A stretch of DNA of 64,000 nt, from positions 90,204 to 154,203 of the forward strand of contig JAJDXE010000011.1 in NCBI GenBank assembly GCA_022825265.1, in the 5' to 3' direction. Of the stretch, positions 32,009 through 41,972 are shown piece by piece. This DNA comes from Dehalococcoidia bacterium (GTDB taxonomy: Bacteria > Chloroflexota > Dehalococcoidia > Bin125). The position numbers and the translations under genes are program-made. Numbering within the stretch: the stretch's first letter is position 1; the number at the start of each line of letters is the position of its first letter. A model generated the notes under the pieces. It ran no database searches, was not told the origin of the DNA, and worked only from the letters and a program-made list of their open reading frames with translations.

Positions 32009-34300
32009 ATGGTCACCGCTCAGTCACCAGAGACCGAGAAGTACAACGTCATCGGGACGCGCCCGATCCGTCACGACGGCGTAGACAAAGTCACCGGCGC
32101 AGCGCAATACGGAGCCGACATCAGCTTGCCCGGCATGCTTGCCGGCCGCGTTCTGCGGAGCCCGCATGCGCACGCCAGAATCGTCAGCATTGACACGTCC
32201 AAGGCCGAAGCCCTGGACGGCGTGCTCGCGGTGATCACGAACGCGGATTTCCCCCGGGCCAGTGATGAGGTGATCGACACCGGCGAAGGCACTGCGCAGC
32301 TCAACTGGGTGCTGGACAACGTCATCGCCTCTGACAAAGTCCTCTACAAGGGTCATGCCGTTGCCGCCGTGGCTGCGACCGACCACCACATCGCCGAGGA
32401 TGCGATCGAGCTGATCGAGGTCGAGTACGACGTGCTCATCCCGGTCCTCGATGTGCGCGACGCCATGGTCGACGGCTCGCCGTTGCTTCATGACAGCCTG
32501 CACACGGGCGAGATGGACGGTTCAAAGAGCGACAATCCGAGCAACACAGCTTCGCACCTGCAGTTCACCAAGGGCGACCTTGACGCCGGCTTCGCCGACG
32601 CAGATGTCGTGATCGAGCGGGAATTCGAGACCTCGATGGCTCACCAGGGCTACATCGAGCCTCACAACGGAACTGCCTACTATCGCGCGGATGGCACGCT
32701 CGACGTTTGGACCTCGACGCAAGGCGCGTTCGTCGTCCGCGACTCGGTCGCGCCGCTCCTGCAGCTCTCCCCGTCGCAGGTCAAGGTCACGCCGATGGAG
32801 ATCGGCGGCGGCTTCGGCGGCAAGATTCCCGTCTACCTCGAGCCGCTGGCCGCCCTGCTCTCGCAGAAGACCGGCCGCCCGGTCAAGCTAACCATGAACC
32901 GCGAGGAAGTGCTGCTCGCAACCGGCCCGACCTCGGGCACCTACATGCGCGTCCGCATGGGCGCCAAGCGCGACGGCACGATCACGGCCGCCGACGTGCA
33001 TCTGGCTTTCGAGGCCGGCGCCTACCCTGGTTCGCCGGTCGGCGCCGGCGCCATGTGCGCGCTGGCCCCGTACGACATCCCCAACCAGCGGATCGATGGC
33101 TACGACGTGGTCGTCAACAAGCCGAAGACCGCCGCCTACCGAGCGCCCGGTGCGCCGCAGTCAGAGTTCGCCACTGAATCGGTGTTGAACGAACTCGCGG
33201 AAGAACTCGGTCTCGATCCGCTTGAGATGCGTCTGCAGAACGCTTGCGTCGAGGGTGCCCAGCGCGCTGACGGCTTCACCTATGGCGTGATTGGCAACGT
33301 CGAGTGCTTGCAGGCGGCGCAGGACTCGCCGCACTGGCAATCGGAGCTCCAAGGACCGAACAGAGGTCGTGGCATCGCCCAGGGCTTCTGGTTCAACATC
33401 GGTTTCGAATCCTCCGCCTACGCCCAGGTCAACGGTGATGGCACAGTACCTCTGGTGCTCGGCTCGACCGACATCGGCGGCACCCGCGCGTCGATCGCGA
33501 TGCAGCTCGCCGAGACCCTCGGCATTTCCGCCGAGGATGTCCACCCCCACGTTGTCGACACCAATTCAGTCGGTTACACACAGGTCACCGGCGGGAGTCG
33601 CACGACCTTCGCCGGCGGCTGGGCTGCCTACGAGACCGCAATGGACATCCGCCGCCAGATGGAGGAGCGCGCCGCCCAAATCTGGGAGTGCGACACATCC
33701 GACGTCAGTTACGGCGACGACGCCATCATCCGCGGACCTCAGGATGAAGACGGCAACGACCAGCAGTTCACGTTCAAGGAACTGGCTGCTCAGCTCGTTA
33801 CCTCAGGTGGGCACATCGTCGGCCGCGCCGATGTGAACAAGACCTCCTCCGGTCCCGCGTTTGCGACGCACATTGTCGACGTTGAGGTCGACCCCGACAC
33901 CGGCAAGGTGGACGTGCTTCGCTACACGGCCGTCCAGGACGCTGGCACCGCGATTCACCCCGCCTACGTTGAGGGACAGATGCAGGGCGGCGTCTCACAG
34001 GGCGTCGGCATGGCGCTCAACGAGGAGTACTACTACGACGAATCCGGCGACCTCAAGAACGCCAGTCTGCTCGATTACCGCATGCCGACGGCGCTCGACC
34101 TACCGATGATCGAGCCGATCATCGTCGAGGTCCCGAACCCCGGACACCCATATGGCGTCCGAGGCGTCGGCGAAGTGCCGATCATTCCACCGGCGCCCGC
34201 CGTCCGCGCAGCAATTGCAAACGCGATCGGCGTGCACATGACCGAGCTGCCGATGTCGCCGCGAGCCATCCTCGACGCGACCGTACTCGAGGACGAATAA
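32009..34300 (+). CDS. Xanthine dehydrogenase-family molybdopterin-binding subunit
   Basis: RSPHAHARI, GGGFGGK, AYRAPG, VEGQMQGG, GVGE. Confidence 0.94.
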   Translation: MVTAQSPETEKYNVIGTRPIRHDGVDKVTGAAQYGADISLPGMLAGRVLRSPHAHARIVSIDTSKAEALDGVLAVITNADFPRASDEVIDTGEGTAQLNWVLDNVIASDKVLYKGHAVAAVAATDHHIAEDAIELIEVEYDVLIPVLDVRDAMVDGSPLLHDSLHTGEMDGSKSDNPSNTASHLQFTKGDLDAGFADADVVIEREFETSMAHQGYIEPHNGTAYYRADGTLDVWTSTQGAFVVRDSVAPLLQLSPSQVKVTPMEIGGGFGGKIPVYLEPLAALLSQKTGRPVKLTMNREEVLLATGPTSGTYMRVRMGAKRDGTITAADVHLAFEAGAYPGSPVGAGAMCALAPYDIPNQRIDGYDVVVNKPKTAAYRAPGAPQSEFATESVLNELAEELGLDPLEMRLQNACVEGAQRADGFTYGVIGNVECLQAAQDSPHWQSELQGPNRGRGIAQGFWFNIGFESSAYAQVNGDGTVPLVLGSTDIGGTRASIAMQLAETLGISAEDVHPHVVDTNSVGYTQVTGGSRTTFAGGWAAYETAMDIRRQMEERAAQIWECDTSDVSYGDDAIIRGPQDEDGNDQQFTFKELAAQLVTSGGHIVGRADVNKTSSGPAFATHIVDVEVDPDTGKVDVLRYTAVQDAGTAIHPAYVEGQMQGGVSQGVGMALNEEYYYDESGDLKNASLLDYRMPTALDLPMIEPIIVEVPNPGHPYGVRGVGEVPIIPPAPAVRAAIANAIGVHMTELPMSPRAILDATVLEDE

Positions 34301-34337
34301 GCGTCATCGCCGCTGGACGGCGTCAAGGACGGCGCAG

Positions 34338-34601
34338 ATGGTCACCGTCCTCATTCCCCAGCCGCTCAGGACGCTCACCGACGGTGAGTCAGTTCTGACG
34401 GCTGAGGGTCACAACATCAGGGCAGTCATCCGAGACCTCGGCCGGCGCTATCCCGAACTAGCCGAGCGCTTGGTCAATGGAAGCCGCATCGGCCGGGGCA
34501 TCTCGCTGGCAATCAACGGTGACGTGGTCTCGACGGGTCTGATCACCAAGGTCCCTGAGGGTGCCGAGATCGCGATCGTCCCCCAGATCAGCGGCGGTTA
34601 A
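34338..34601 (+). CDS. MoaD/ThiS-family sulfur carrier
   Basis: 87 aa ubiquitin-like, C-terminal ISGG. Confidence 0.9.
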   Translation: MVTVLIPQPLRTLTDGESVLTAEGHNIRAVIRDLGRRYPELAERLVNGSRIGRGISLAINGDVVSTGLITKVPEGAEIAIVPQISGG

Positions 34602-34606
34602 TCGGG

Positions 34607-35836
34607 CTACTTCTCTGCGGTCAGCACTGCAATCGATGCGGTGAAGCCGTGGAGGTAGTTCTCGCCTCCGACCGGGCCGATCTCTCCGTTGCAGAAGAAA
34701 CCGGCGGTGGGGACGGGGCCGAAGATTTCGGAGAGGGCGGCTGCGTCGTGGTCGGGTTCTCCGAAGAGGCCGCGGCCTCGGCCGTTGCATGAGCAGAGCA
34801 GGGCTCCGAGTACCTCCTCGTCGGGCTGGAGTGCGTCCCTGAGACCCGACAGGCGGGTTCTCAGGTCATCGTCGGCGGCCTGGGCGTCGCGGAACTGGAA
34901 CTGGAAAGTCTGGCCGACCCTGGGGATCGCGTTGATGGCGACCACGCCTGACTCACGATCGGCGCCCATCACGTTGCGGATCAGGAAATCGCCTCGCTCG
35001 TGGGTTTCCTTGTACTCGTTCATCGCGAGCCCAACGAGCAGATTGCGTACCGCCCGTTCGCGAGTGTCGTCGTCCAACTCCATCAGGGTTTCCTGGAGCA
35101 CCTCAAGGGCCGGTCGGGAGCCGAGGGTCTTGACCGTGTTGGCTTCGCAATCGGTCACGATCCACGGTTGTCCCAGCGGCTCGGCGCCCTGGGCGACGAC
35201 CGGCTTGACCGACACGCCCTTCAGCCCCATCATCGCCGCGCCGCCCATCAATGCGCGATCGTCGATGAACACGGCGCATCCTTGTTGTTGCTGATGAGAG
35301 GATGCCATGCCGCCGAGCAGCGTGACCTCGGGACGAAGCTGCTGCAGGTGAGAGACGAGTTGGTCGGTCATGATCGTGAAGGGATTACTGAACAGCAGCC
35401 AGACCTCGGGACCCTCCTGAACCGGACTGAAGAGGTCGTCCGGCATGGACTGCGGGTCGATGGCGATTGGCGTCAACTCAGCGCCCGGCAAGGAGAGGCC
35501 GAGGACCGCGATGGCGGAGCCCTCTTCGGCCTCGAGTGATGAGCCGATCACGCTTTGTCCCGACGCCCCGATCAGGTGGCGAGCGCCGGTCTGTTCTCGG
35601 AGATGGGTGATGATCTCGTCGTAATGGCCGGCGAAGCGAGAGTCGACGAACACCAGCAGCAGGTCGGGAGTCTCGCTCAAGTCCATTGCGCGGAGAGCTG
35701 AGTCGCAGGCAGTCTCCCACTCCGCTTCGAATCCGACAGCGGCCGAGGCGCTCGCGGTGGCGGTCTGCACGGTGGCCTGGCCGGGTCCGCTCGAGCGACG
35801 GAACGTGTCATCCGATGTTGCCGATAGGTTAGACAT
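34607..35836 (-). CDS. FIST N/C-domain sensory protein
   Basis: LLGGMAS, VAQGAEPLG, CNGRG..LF, AGFFCNGEIGP; start uncertain (ATG 35836 used). Confidence 0.88.
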   Translation of the reverse strand: MSNLSATSDDTFRRSSGPGQATVQTATASASAAVGFEAEWETACDSALRAMDLSETPDLLLVFVDSRFAGHYDEIITHLREQTGARHLIGASGQSVIGSSLEAEEGSAIAVLGLSLPGAELTPIAIDPQSMPDDLFSPVQEGPEVWLLFSNPFTIMTDQLVSHLQQLRPEVTLLGGMASSHQQQQGCAVFIDDRALMGGAAMMGLKGVSVKPVVAQGAEPLGQPWIVTDCEANTVKTLGSRPALEVLQETLMELDDDTRERAVRNLLVGLAMNEYKETHERGDFLIRNVMGADRESGVVAINAIPRVGQTFQFQFRDAQAADDDLRTRLSGLRDALQPDEEVLGALLCSCNGRGRGLFGEPDHDAAALSEIFGPVPTAGFFCNGEIGPVGGENYLHGFTASIAVLTAEK

Positions 35837-35892
35837 TTGAACAGTTCCTTCATCGAGGGTGCGGGTAGCAGTGCAAAGGGTAACCTGCTGGC

Positions 35893-36891
35893 ATGAGCAA
35901 CATGACTGATACTTCTCTGGCAAGCGACAAATCTGATCTATCCGAGACCACCGATCTATCGAATGACGAGATCGCGCATCTAGCGGACGCGGCGCGTTCG
36001 CTGGCTCAGCGCGGCGGCGACATTCTGATGGATCGCTTTCACGCGACGATCGAGATCTCGTTCAAGGGACAGAACGCACACGACCCCGTGACCGAAGTCG
36101 ATCATGCGATCGAAGACCTCATTCGGGAAGAGGTTCACCGCCAGTTTCCGAACCATGGCGTGCTCGGTGAGGAACGCGACAACGGTGGACCCACCGACGC
36201 CGACATCGTCTGGGTGATCGATCCGCTGGACGGTACGTCGAACTTTATCAACGGAATCGGCATGTTCGCATGCTCGATCGGGATCCTCAGCCGCGGCGTT
36301 CCGATCGCAGGAGCGATGTGGTTGCCTTCCAACCGGTTCCTGACTCCGGGCGTGTATCACGCGAGAGCTGACCGGCAGTTGATGTTCAATGACGACGAGG
36401 TCGACTGCGGCGCGCCGGCACTGCAGCCGGCGTCTCGACTGAGCACGGTTCCGGCCGGCACCGGTGGGGTGACCGGACCCGCGGGACGGCGTTTCGGCAT
36501 TGCCCGGACCTTTGGCAGCACCGCGACTGAGCTGGCGCTGGCGGCGGAGGGTTCGGTGCAGATGGCGATCTTCGACGGATCGCGGATCTGGGACGTGGCC
36601 GGCGGCGTCGCGCTGTGCTTGGCCGCAGGCCGCGCGATTTACACGAAGCCGAGGCACGGAGATGCGGGCTGGCGGCCGTTCACGCACTTCTGCGATCGAG
36701 TCGAGGGACCGATCACCATGACCAAGCTGCGCGCCTGGAGCGATCCGCTCGTCGCCGGCGACGCAACGGTCTTGCCCAGCTCGGCGACTGACCTGAAGCG
36801 TGAGCAGAGTGTCGCGGCGACCGCCAAGCGCGCCGCTGTGAAGAGCGTGAAGCGGGCCTTCCCGAACCTGCCGCTGCCGTCGTATCCGTAA
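35893..36891 (+). CDS. Inositol monophosphatase family protein
   Basis: VTEVD, GEE, WVIDPLDGTSNF, IWDVAGG. Confidence 0.92.
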   Translation: MSNMTDTSLASDKSDLSETTDLSNDEIAHLADAARSLAQRGGDILMDRFHATIEISFKGQNAHDPVTEVDHAIEDLIREEVHRQFPNHGVLGEERDNGGPTDADIVWVIDPLDGTSNFINGIGMFACSIGILSRGVPIAGAMWLPSNRFLTPGVYHARADRQLMFNDDEVDCGAPALQPASRLSTVPAGTGGVTGPAGRRFGIARTFGSTATELALAAEGSVQMAIFDGSRIWDVAGGVALCLAAGRAIYTKPRHGDAGWRPFTHFCDRVEGPITMTKLRAWSDPLVAGDATVLPSSATDLKREQSVAATAKRAAVKSVKRAFPNLPLPSYP

Positions 36892-36904
36892 TCTGCGGCG
36901 CTGC

Positions 36905-37828
36905 TCAAGCGTGGACGACCGGTAGCACCTCGTCGAACAGGCGCTGCGACTGGTACATGATGGCGTCGTCGCCGCGGGCGACCGGGCGCATGATGAACTT
37001 GCTCACGCCTGCGGTGCGGTACTCGTTGACACGGCGCAGAATGTCTTCCGCTGTACCGACCGAGTAGAAAGTGCCCGGGTCAACATCGGGCAGCCGACGC
37101 TTGATCCCGGCGATGCTGTCCTGGACATCGGCGTCGTCCCAGGAGCCGAAGTGGTATGCGAAACCGGCTCCGAAGTGGTCGGGTTCGTAGTCGGTGCGTC
37201 CAGCTTCGGCGAGCGCCGCTTTGATCTGTTGGATCACGGGACCGACTTCATGCGCCGACTGGACGCCGGCGACCCAGCCTGTGCCGATTCTCGCCGTCCG
37301 GCGGATGGCGGCCTTGCTGTGTCCGCCGATCCAGAGCGGCAACGGGTCCTGTACCGGGCGCGGTGAGATGGTGGCGTTGTCGTAGGTGAAGTGTTCGCCG
37401 TGGTAGGTGAACGACTCCTCGTTCCAGAGTCCCTGGATGATGTCCAGCATCTCGTCGGCGATCGGCGCGCGGCCGCGTAGCTGACGATTGGTGACGTTCC
37501 ACTCGGGCGCGAAGCCGCCGCCGACGCCGAACGCGGGCAGCATCCGGCCGTTGGAGAGGAAGTCGATTGTGGCGCACTGCTTGGCCAGGACGAGCGGGTC
37601 GCGGAAGCCCACGACGACCACGTTCATGCCAAACTTGAGCTTCTCGGTGCGAGCAGCGAGGGCCGCCATGAAGGTCATCGATTCGAGGATCGGCTCGCGT
37701 GAGATCAGCCGATCGGTCTGCCAGATCGAATCGACATCGTTGTCTTCGCAGAGGTCGATCCAGCGCCACATGGTGTCAACGTCGGAGAAGGGGAAGTTGG
37801 CCAGGCCCATGCCAATTTTGTCGCTCAT
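36905..37828 (-). CDS. LLM-class flavin-dependent oxidoreductase
   Basis: DSIWQTDRL, RDPLVLAKQCATIDFLSNGR, PLWIGG. Confidence 0.92.
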   Translation of the reverse strand: MSDKIGMGLANFPFSDVDTMWRWIDLCEDNDVDSIWQTDRLISREPILESMTFMAALAARTEKLKFGMNVVVVGFRDPLVLAKQCATIDFLSNGRMLPAFGVGGGFAPEWNVTNRQLRGRAPIADEMLDIIQGLWNEESFTYHGEHFTYDNATISPRPVQDPLPLWIGGHSKAAIRRTARIGTGWVAGVQSAHEVGPVIQQIKAALAEAGRTDYEPDHFGAGFAYHFGSWDDADVQDSIAGIKRRLPDVDPGTFYSVGTAEDILRRVNEYRTAGVSKFIMRPVARGDDAIMYQSQRLFDEVLPVVHA

Positions 37829-37855
37829 GTTCAGTTCCTCCGCCAGATAGCTCGC

Positions 37856-38503
37856 TTATGTGCCCAGCTTAAACGGTGGGTAGCGGTCGGTGATGAGGAG
37901 GAAGCCGTAGGCGCTGATCCTGAGCCAGTAGCGGCTGACGCCGACGATGAAATCGAAGAGCGGTCGCGGGTACCTGGCGGTGAAGAGGATGGCGAACCAT
38001 GCACCGACGATGGCGAGGATCGAGAGTACGAGCAGCACGACGCCGACGATGTAGTGGGGAATCAGCAGCAACCACTTGATAATCGGCAGGAAGCGGTTGA
38101 GCTCCTCGGCTTGCGGGTAGTCGAGTTCGAGATGCACCGCCTGCTCTTCTTCAGTCGAGGGATACTTGTCGGTCAGCAGGTCGAGATAGGCAGCCACCCG
38201 AGCCTGAAAGCGCGTCAACTCGAGCAGGAAGTCGAACCACCAGCGCGGATACTTGCGCCGGAACAAGAGCATCAGCACCAGCGGGAGGAAAAAGGCGGCG
38301 CCGAAGACGCCGTTTGCCGAATCTCCATCGATCAAGCCCTCGGCGGCCAGTGAAATGAAGACGGCGGGCGCTACGGGTAAGAGTGCGGCAAGGATCCAGA
38401 TGGGGATGCTGAAGGGAATGCGCAGCAAGGTGGACAGCCGATCGAGTCGATCCGGGTAGTCGACCTCAAGTCGTGCGGGATATGCGTCGGGTTGATACTC
38501 CAT
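37856..38503 (-). CDS. DUF4389 membrane protein (two internal repeats)
   Basis: Duplicated LF..KYPR..FDF....R..RV.AY..LLTD.YP. Confidence 0.88.
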   Translation of the reverse strand: MEYQPDAYPARLEVDYPDRLDRLSTLLRIPFSIPIWILAALLPVAPAVFISLAAEGLIDGDSANGVFGAAFFLPLVLMLLFRRKYPRWWFDFLLELTRFQARVAAYLDLLTDKYPSTEEEQAVHLELDYPQAEELNRFLPIIKWLLLIPHYIVGVVLLVLSILAIVGAWFAILFTARYPRPLFDFIVGVSRYWLRISAYGFLLITDRYPPFKLGT

Positions 38504-38560
38504 GTGTCGCCTCCAGTTCGCGCAAGGCTACCGCTTGTCCAAAGACCGGTTGGCAGTCGA

Positions 38561-38717
38561 TGTTCGGTGTTCAGTGTTCAGGCGAATTTTTTTCTTCGGC
38601 CCAGAAATCCGCTGATCCCCAGTGTTTTACGAGAGACGTGTGTTCAGGTTGTTCAGGTTTGTTCAGCCATGTTCAGCGGCATCTAACCTTGATCAGCCAT
38701 GTTCAAGGCGTGTTCAG
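38561..38717 (-). repeat. Periodic TGTTCAG repeat block of dispersed element 2
   Basis: TGTTCAG-like units at 38641, 38650, 38660, 38670, 38690, 38700, 38711 and a 7-bp-period triplet at 38561-38581. Confidence 0.8.
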
Positions 38718-38836
38718 CCGACATGTTGCGGTCCTGTTCGGTGGTGAACGGAACCGTGGGGACCTGGCTTGCGGCTGCTTCGCGTCGGCTGGAGGACATC
38801 GACACCGCTTTCGTTGTTCGTGAACAGGCCGCTCTT

Positions 38837-38873
38837 AGCGTATACGAACTCACGTTCATTCGTACTAACGTTC
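38837..38873 (-). promoter_or_regulatory. Tandem LexA (Cheo-type) boxes adjoining a -10 element
   Basis: GAAC-TCAC-GTTC (38846-38857), GTAC-TAAC-GTTC (38862-38873), minus-strand TACGCT at 38842-38837. Confidence 0.65.
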
Positions 38874-38906
38874 AGTGGCGCGGGCAACAGAGCGCGCCAA
38901 GCGCAG

Positions 38907-39425
38907 TTAGTCCAGGCGCATCGGCCGCTGCCAGATGCCGACGTCCCAATACTGGTCGAACTTGCGCCCGCATTCCTTCCAGACGCCTGAGAGGGTGTAG
39001 CCGACCTTCTCGGTCATCCCGACCGATGCGTCGTTGGGCAATGTGATCAGCGCGAAGATTTGATGCAGGTCATCGACCTTGACCAGTTCGTCGTAGAGCG
39101 CATACCAGAGACGAGTTCCAAGTCCGCGCCCGACTTCGCCCTCGCGCAGATAGACGCTGGTCGCGACGCTGCTGTCGTAGGCGGCCTTGGGGTAGAGGGC
39201 GCTGGAGTACGAGTGTCCGACGATCTGGCCGTCCGGTTCGACCGCGACCATCACGCGGAACGGGCCCGAGTCGGAGTACCTGGAGAACCACTCCCGCTTC
39301 TCTTCGACCGAGTGCGGCTCGAGGTCGAAGGTGGCCGCGGTGTTGATGATGTAGTGGTTGTAGATGTCGGCGAGCTGTGGGACGTCGTCGTCGGTCGCCG
39401 AGCGGATGATCAGGTCGTCGGTCAT
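38907..39425 (-). CDS. GNAT N-acetyltransferase (phosphinothricin/YncA-like)
   Basis: IYNHYI..T.ATFD, AAYD, GRGLG, PNDAS, G.KFD.YWDV. Confidence 0.92.
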   Translation of the reverse strand: MTDDLIIRSATDDDVPQLADIYNHYIINTAATFDLEPHSVEEKREWFSRYSDSGPFRVMVAVEPDGQIVGHSYSSALYPKAAYDSSVATSVYLREGEVGRGLGTRLWYALYDELVKVDDLHQIFALITLPNDASVGMTEKVGYTLSGVWKECGRKFDQYWDVGIWQRPMRLD

Positions 39426-39454
39426 GGTTCGCCCTCTCAGGCGTTGGAAATGCG

Positions 39455-39482
39455 AAGCGGCGGCTCGATCGAGCCGCCGCTT
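39455..39482. terminator. Perfect 28-bp palindrome downstream of SDR
   Basis: AAGCGGCGGCTCGA-TCGAGCCGCCGCTT. Confidence 0.5.
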
Positions 39483-39508
39483 GAGCGTATCGAAGCGAAG
39501 TGGGGGGG

Positions 39509-40414
39509 TTAGCCGAAGAGTCGGCTGCCTTCCACGGCAGGCTTGAAGACTCGCTCGATCTCCTCAGCCGCGCGCTCGACGGTCCAGGCTTCGTTGCCGG
39601 ACAGATTGCGAATCACCTCGTACTGGTTGTAGAGGCCGATGTCGAAGCCCATGGCCTGGATGACCTGGCCGTTGAGCCAGTCGGAGGCCTCGGAGGCCAT
39701 GTAGACGATCGGCACGGCGACGTTGGCCGGCGAGCGGCGCGGGTCGACAGTGGTCTCGGAGTCTTCGTCGAAGCCGCGACTGCGTCGATCGGTCGGGACG
39801 GTGTCGGTCATCCGTGTCGATGCGCCCGGGCCGATCGCGTTCGAGGTCACGCCGTAGCGACCCAGGGCGTTGGCGCAGCTATAGGTGAAACCGACGATGC
39901 CCAGCTTGGCCGCGGCGTAGTTGGGCTGTCCCGGCGCGCCGTGCAGGCCCGATCCCGACGTGAAGTTGATCAGCCGGTAGTGACCCTCGCGGTTCGCCCG
40001 CCAGTAGATCGAGGCGTACTTGGTCGTGTTGAAGGTGCCCTTCATGTGCACCGCCACGACCGCGTCCCACTCTTCCTCGGTCATGTTGAAGACCATGCGG
40101 TCGCGCAGGTTGCCGGCCACGTTGACGAGGATGTCGAGGCGACCGTACTCGTCCAGCGCCTGCTGGATGATGCCCTCTGCGCCGTTGTAGTCGGCGACCG
40201 AGGTGTAGTTGGCGACGGCGTTGCCGCCGGCGTCGCGGATAGTCGCGACGGTCTCGTCGGCCGGGCCGGCCTCGCCGCCGGTGCCGTCGACGGCGCCACC
40301 GAGGTCGTTGACGACGACGCTGGCGCCGTTGGCTGCGAACAGCTTGGCGACCTCGGAGCCGATGCCGCGTCCTGCGCCGGTGACGATCGCGACGCGATTG
40401 TCAAGCATTCCCAT
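39509..40414 (-). CDS. Short-chain dehydrogenase/reductase, copy 2
   Basis: TGAGRGIG, VVVNDLGG, LRDRM.FNM, NYAAAK. Confidence 0.94.
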   Translation of the reverse strand: MGMLDNRVAIVTGAGRGIGSEVAKLFAANGASVVVNDLGGAVDGTGGEAGPADETVATIRDAGGNAVANYTSVADYNGAEGIIQQALDEYGRLDILVNVAGNLRDRMVFNMTEEEWDAVVAVHMKGTFNTTKYASIYWRANREGHYRLINFTSGSGLHGAPGQPNYAAAKLGIVGFTYSCANALGRYGVTSNAIGPGASTRMTDTVPTDRRSRGFDEDSETTVDPRRSPANVAVPIVYMASEASDWLNGQVIQAMGFDIGLYNQYEVIRNLSGNEAWTVERAAEEIERVFKPAVEGSRLFG

Positions 40415-40437
40415 GTTGTTGAGTTCCTTTCTGCCCC

Positions 40438-40464
40438 GGCACCTCCCCGTTTGGGGGAGGTGCC
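40438..40464. terminator. 11-bp-stem hairpin between the tandem SDR genes
   Basis: GGCACCTCCCC-GTTTG-GGGGAGGTGCC. Confidence 0.45.
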
Positions 40465-40482
40465 ACGAAGTGACGGAGGGGA

Positions 40483-41385
40483 CTAGCCGAAGGAGCCACC
40501 GCCGCCGGTGACGGCCGGCTTGAACAGTTCTTCGATCTGCTGGGCTGCGCCCTGGGGGGTCCAGCGTTCGGTGCCGCGCACCTGGCGGATGACGGCGGGC
40601 TTGTTGAAGAGCTGCAGCTCGTAGCCCGACGCGCCGACGATTTGGCCCGTCAGCCAGTCGGACTGCTCGGAGGCCAGGTAGACCAGCGGCACGGCGACAT
40701 TGGCCGGCGAGCGCTGCGGGTCTTCCTCGGACGAGTCGACGTTGGTCGCGGAACGCCGCTCCTCGGGCACGGTGTCAGTCATGCGGGTCGAGGCGCCGGG
40801 CGAGATCGCGTTGGCGGTCGCGCCGTAGCGGCCGAGCGCGTTGGCACAGCTGTAGGTGAAGCCGACGATGCCCATCTTGGCCGCTGCGTAGTTGGGCTGG
40901 CCGGGCGCGCCGAAGATGCCGGAGACCGAAGAGAAGTTGATCAGTCGATAGTGGCCCTTGCGCTCGGAGCGCCAGTGGATCGAGGCGTACTTGGTCAGGT
41001 TGAAGTGGCCCTTGAGGTGGACGTCGAGGACGGCGTCCCACTCGGCCTCGGTCATGTTGAAGATCATCCGGTCGCGAAGGATGCCGGCGGTGTTGACGAC
41101 GATGTCGAGGTCGCCGAAGTTGTCCAGCGCGTCCTTGACGATGCCTTCGGCTGCGTTGTAGTCGGAGACCGAGGAGTAGTTGGCCACGGCTTCGCCGCCG
41201 GCGTCGCGGATCGCCGCGACGACCTCATCGGCCGGAGCCGCCGCTGCGCCGGAGCCGTCAACCGCGCCGCCGAGGTCGTTGACGACGACCCTGGCACCCT
41301 CGGAGGCGAACAGCTTGGCCGTCTCAGCGCCGATCCCACGTCCCGCGCCGGTGACGATTGCCACTCGGCCATCAAGCATTCCCAT
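40483..41385 (-). CDS. Short-chain dehydrogenase/reductase, copy 1
   Basis: Same motifs; clear paralogue of 39509-40414. Confidence 0.94.
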   Translation of the reverse strand: MGMLDGRVAIVTGAGRGIGAETAKLFASEGARVVVNDLGGAVDGSGAAAAPADEVVAAIRDAGGEAVANYSSVSDYNAAEGIVKDALDNFGDLDIVVNTAGILRDRMIFNMTEAEWDAVLDVHLKGHFNLTKYASIHWRSERKGHYRLINFSSVSGIFGAPGQPNYAAAKMGIVGFTYSCANALGRYGATANAISPGASTRMTDTVPEERRSATNVDSSEEDPQRSPANVAVPLVYLASEQSDWLTGQIVGASGYELQLFNKPAVIRQVRGTERWTPQGAAQQIEELFKPAVTGGGGSFG

Positions 41386-41514
41386 GTGTGATTCCTCTCA
41401 GCCCGCACCGCCGTCACGTCAGGCGTGCGGGAAAAATTTCACAGGTGGGCACAGGCTATCACCGCGCCTGGCTAGCTTCCGACCGCCAAGGCCTCCCCCA
41501 AGCGGGAGAACTCT

Positions 41515-41874
41515 CTAGTGTCGAGGGCCCCGGCGATTCGGGTCTGGGGCGGTATCGATCAGTTCTCGACTCGCTGCCGTCTCGTTGATCACCGGTTCGT
41601 AGAGACCGAGTTGCGGTGGGCCTGTGAGTACTCCGGCAACTGTTCCCTGGGCGTGGCCTTTGCGGAAGGCCTCGGACTGGGTCCAGGCGTGGAAGGCGGC
41701 CTGGTCCTCCCAGACCGAATAGGAGATGTAGTCGCCGGGCTCCGCGCCTCGGAGGAGCATGAACTGGACGAAGCCGGGTACCTCCTGGAGATAGGTCTCG
41801 CGATTCTTCCAAATCGCTTCCCACTCGGCTTCGCGCTCGACATTGACACTGAAGCGGTTCATGGCCAGGTACAT
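41515..41874 (-). CDS. ABM-family monooxygenase, IsdG/HmoA-like (possible heme degradation)
   Basis: AMNRF, W..R...L..VPGF, W.D..AF.AWT.SEAFRKGH; start re-called to ATG 41874. Confidence 0.8.
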   Translation of the reverse strand: MYLAMNRFSVNVEREAEWEAIWKNRETYLQEVPGFVQFMLLRGAEPGDYISYSVWEDQAAFHAWTQSEAFRKGHAQGTVAGVLTGPPQLGLYEPVINETAASRELIDTAPDPNRRGPRH

Positions 41875-41972
41875 GTTGCTGCCCTCGCACGGTGTGAGCT
41901 GCTGGTCGGTTGCTGAATTGCTGTCAGATCGCGCAGTGTCTTTCGATGAAACTGCGCGTAAGCTCAGTTTAG

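Noticed and set aside
30572-34300. Aerobic CO dehydrogenase (coxMSL)
   Set aside because: Active-site loop is AYRAPG, not AYxCSFR (form I) or AYxGAGR (form II); called a generic xanthine-dehydrogenase-family enzyme.
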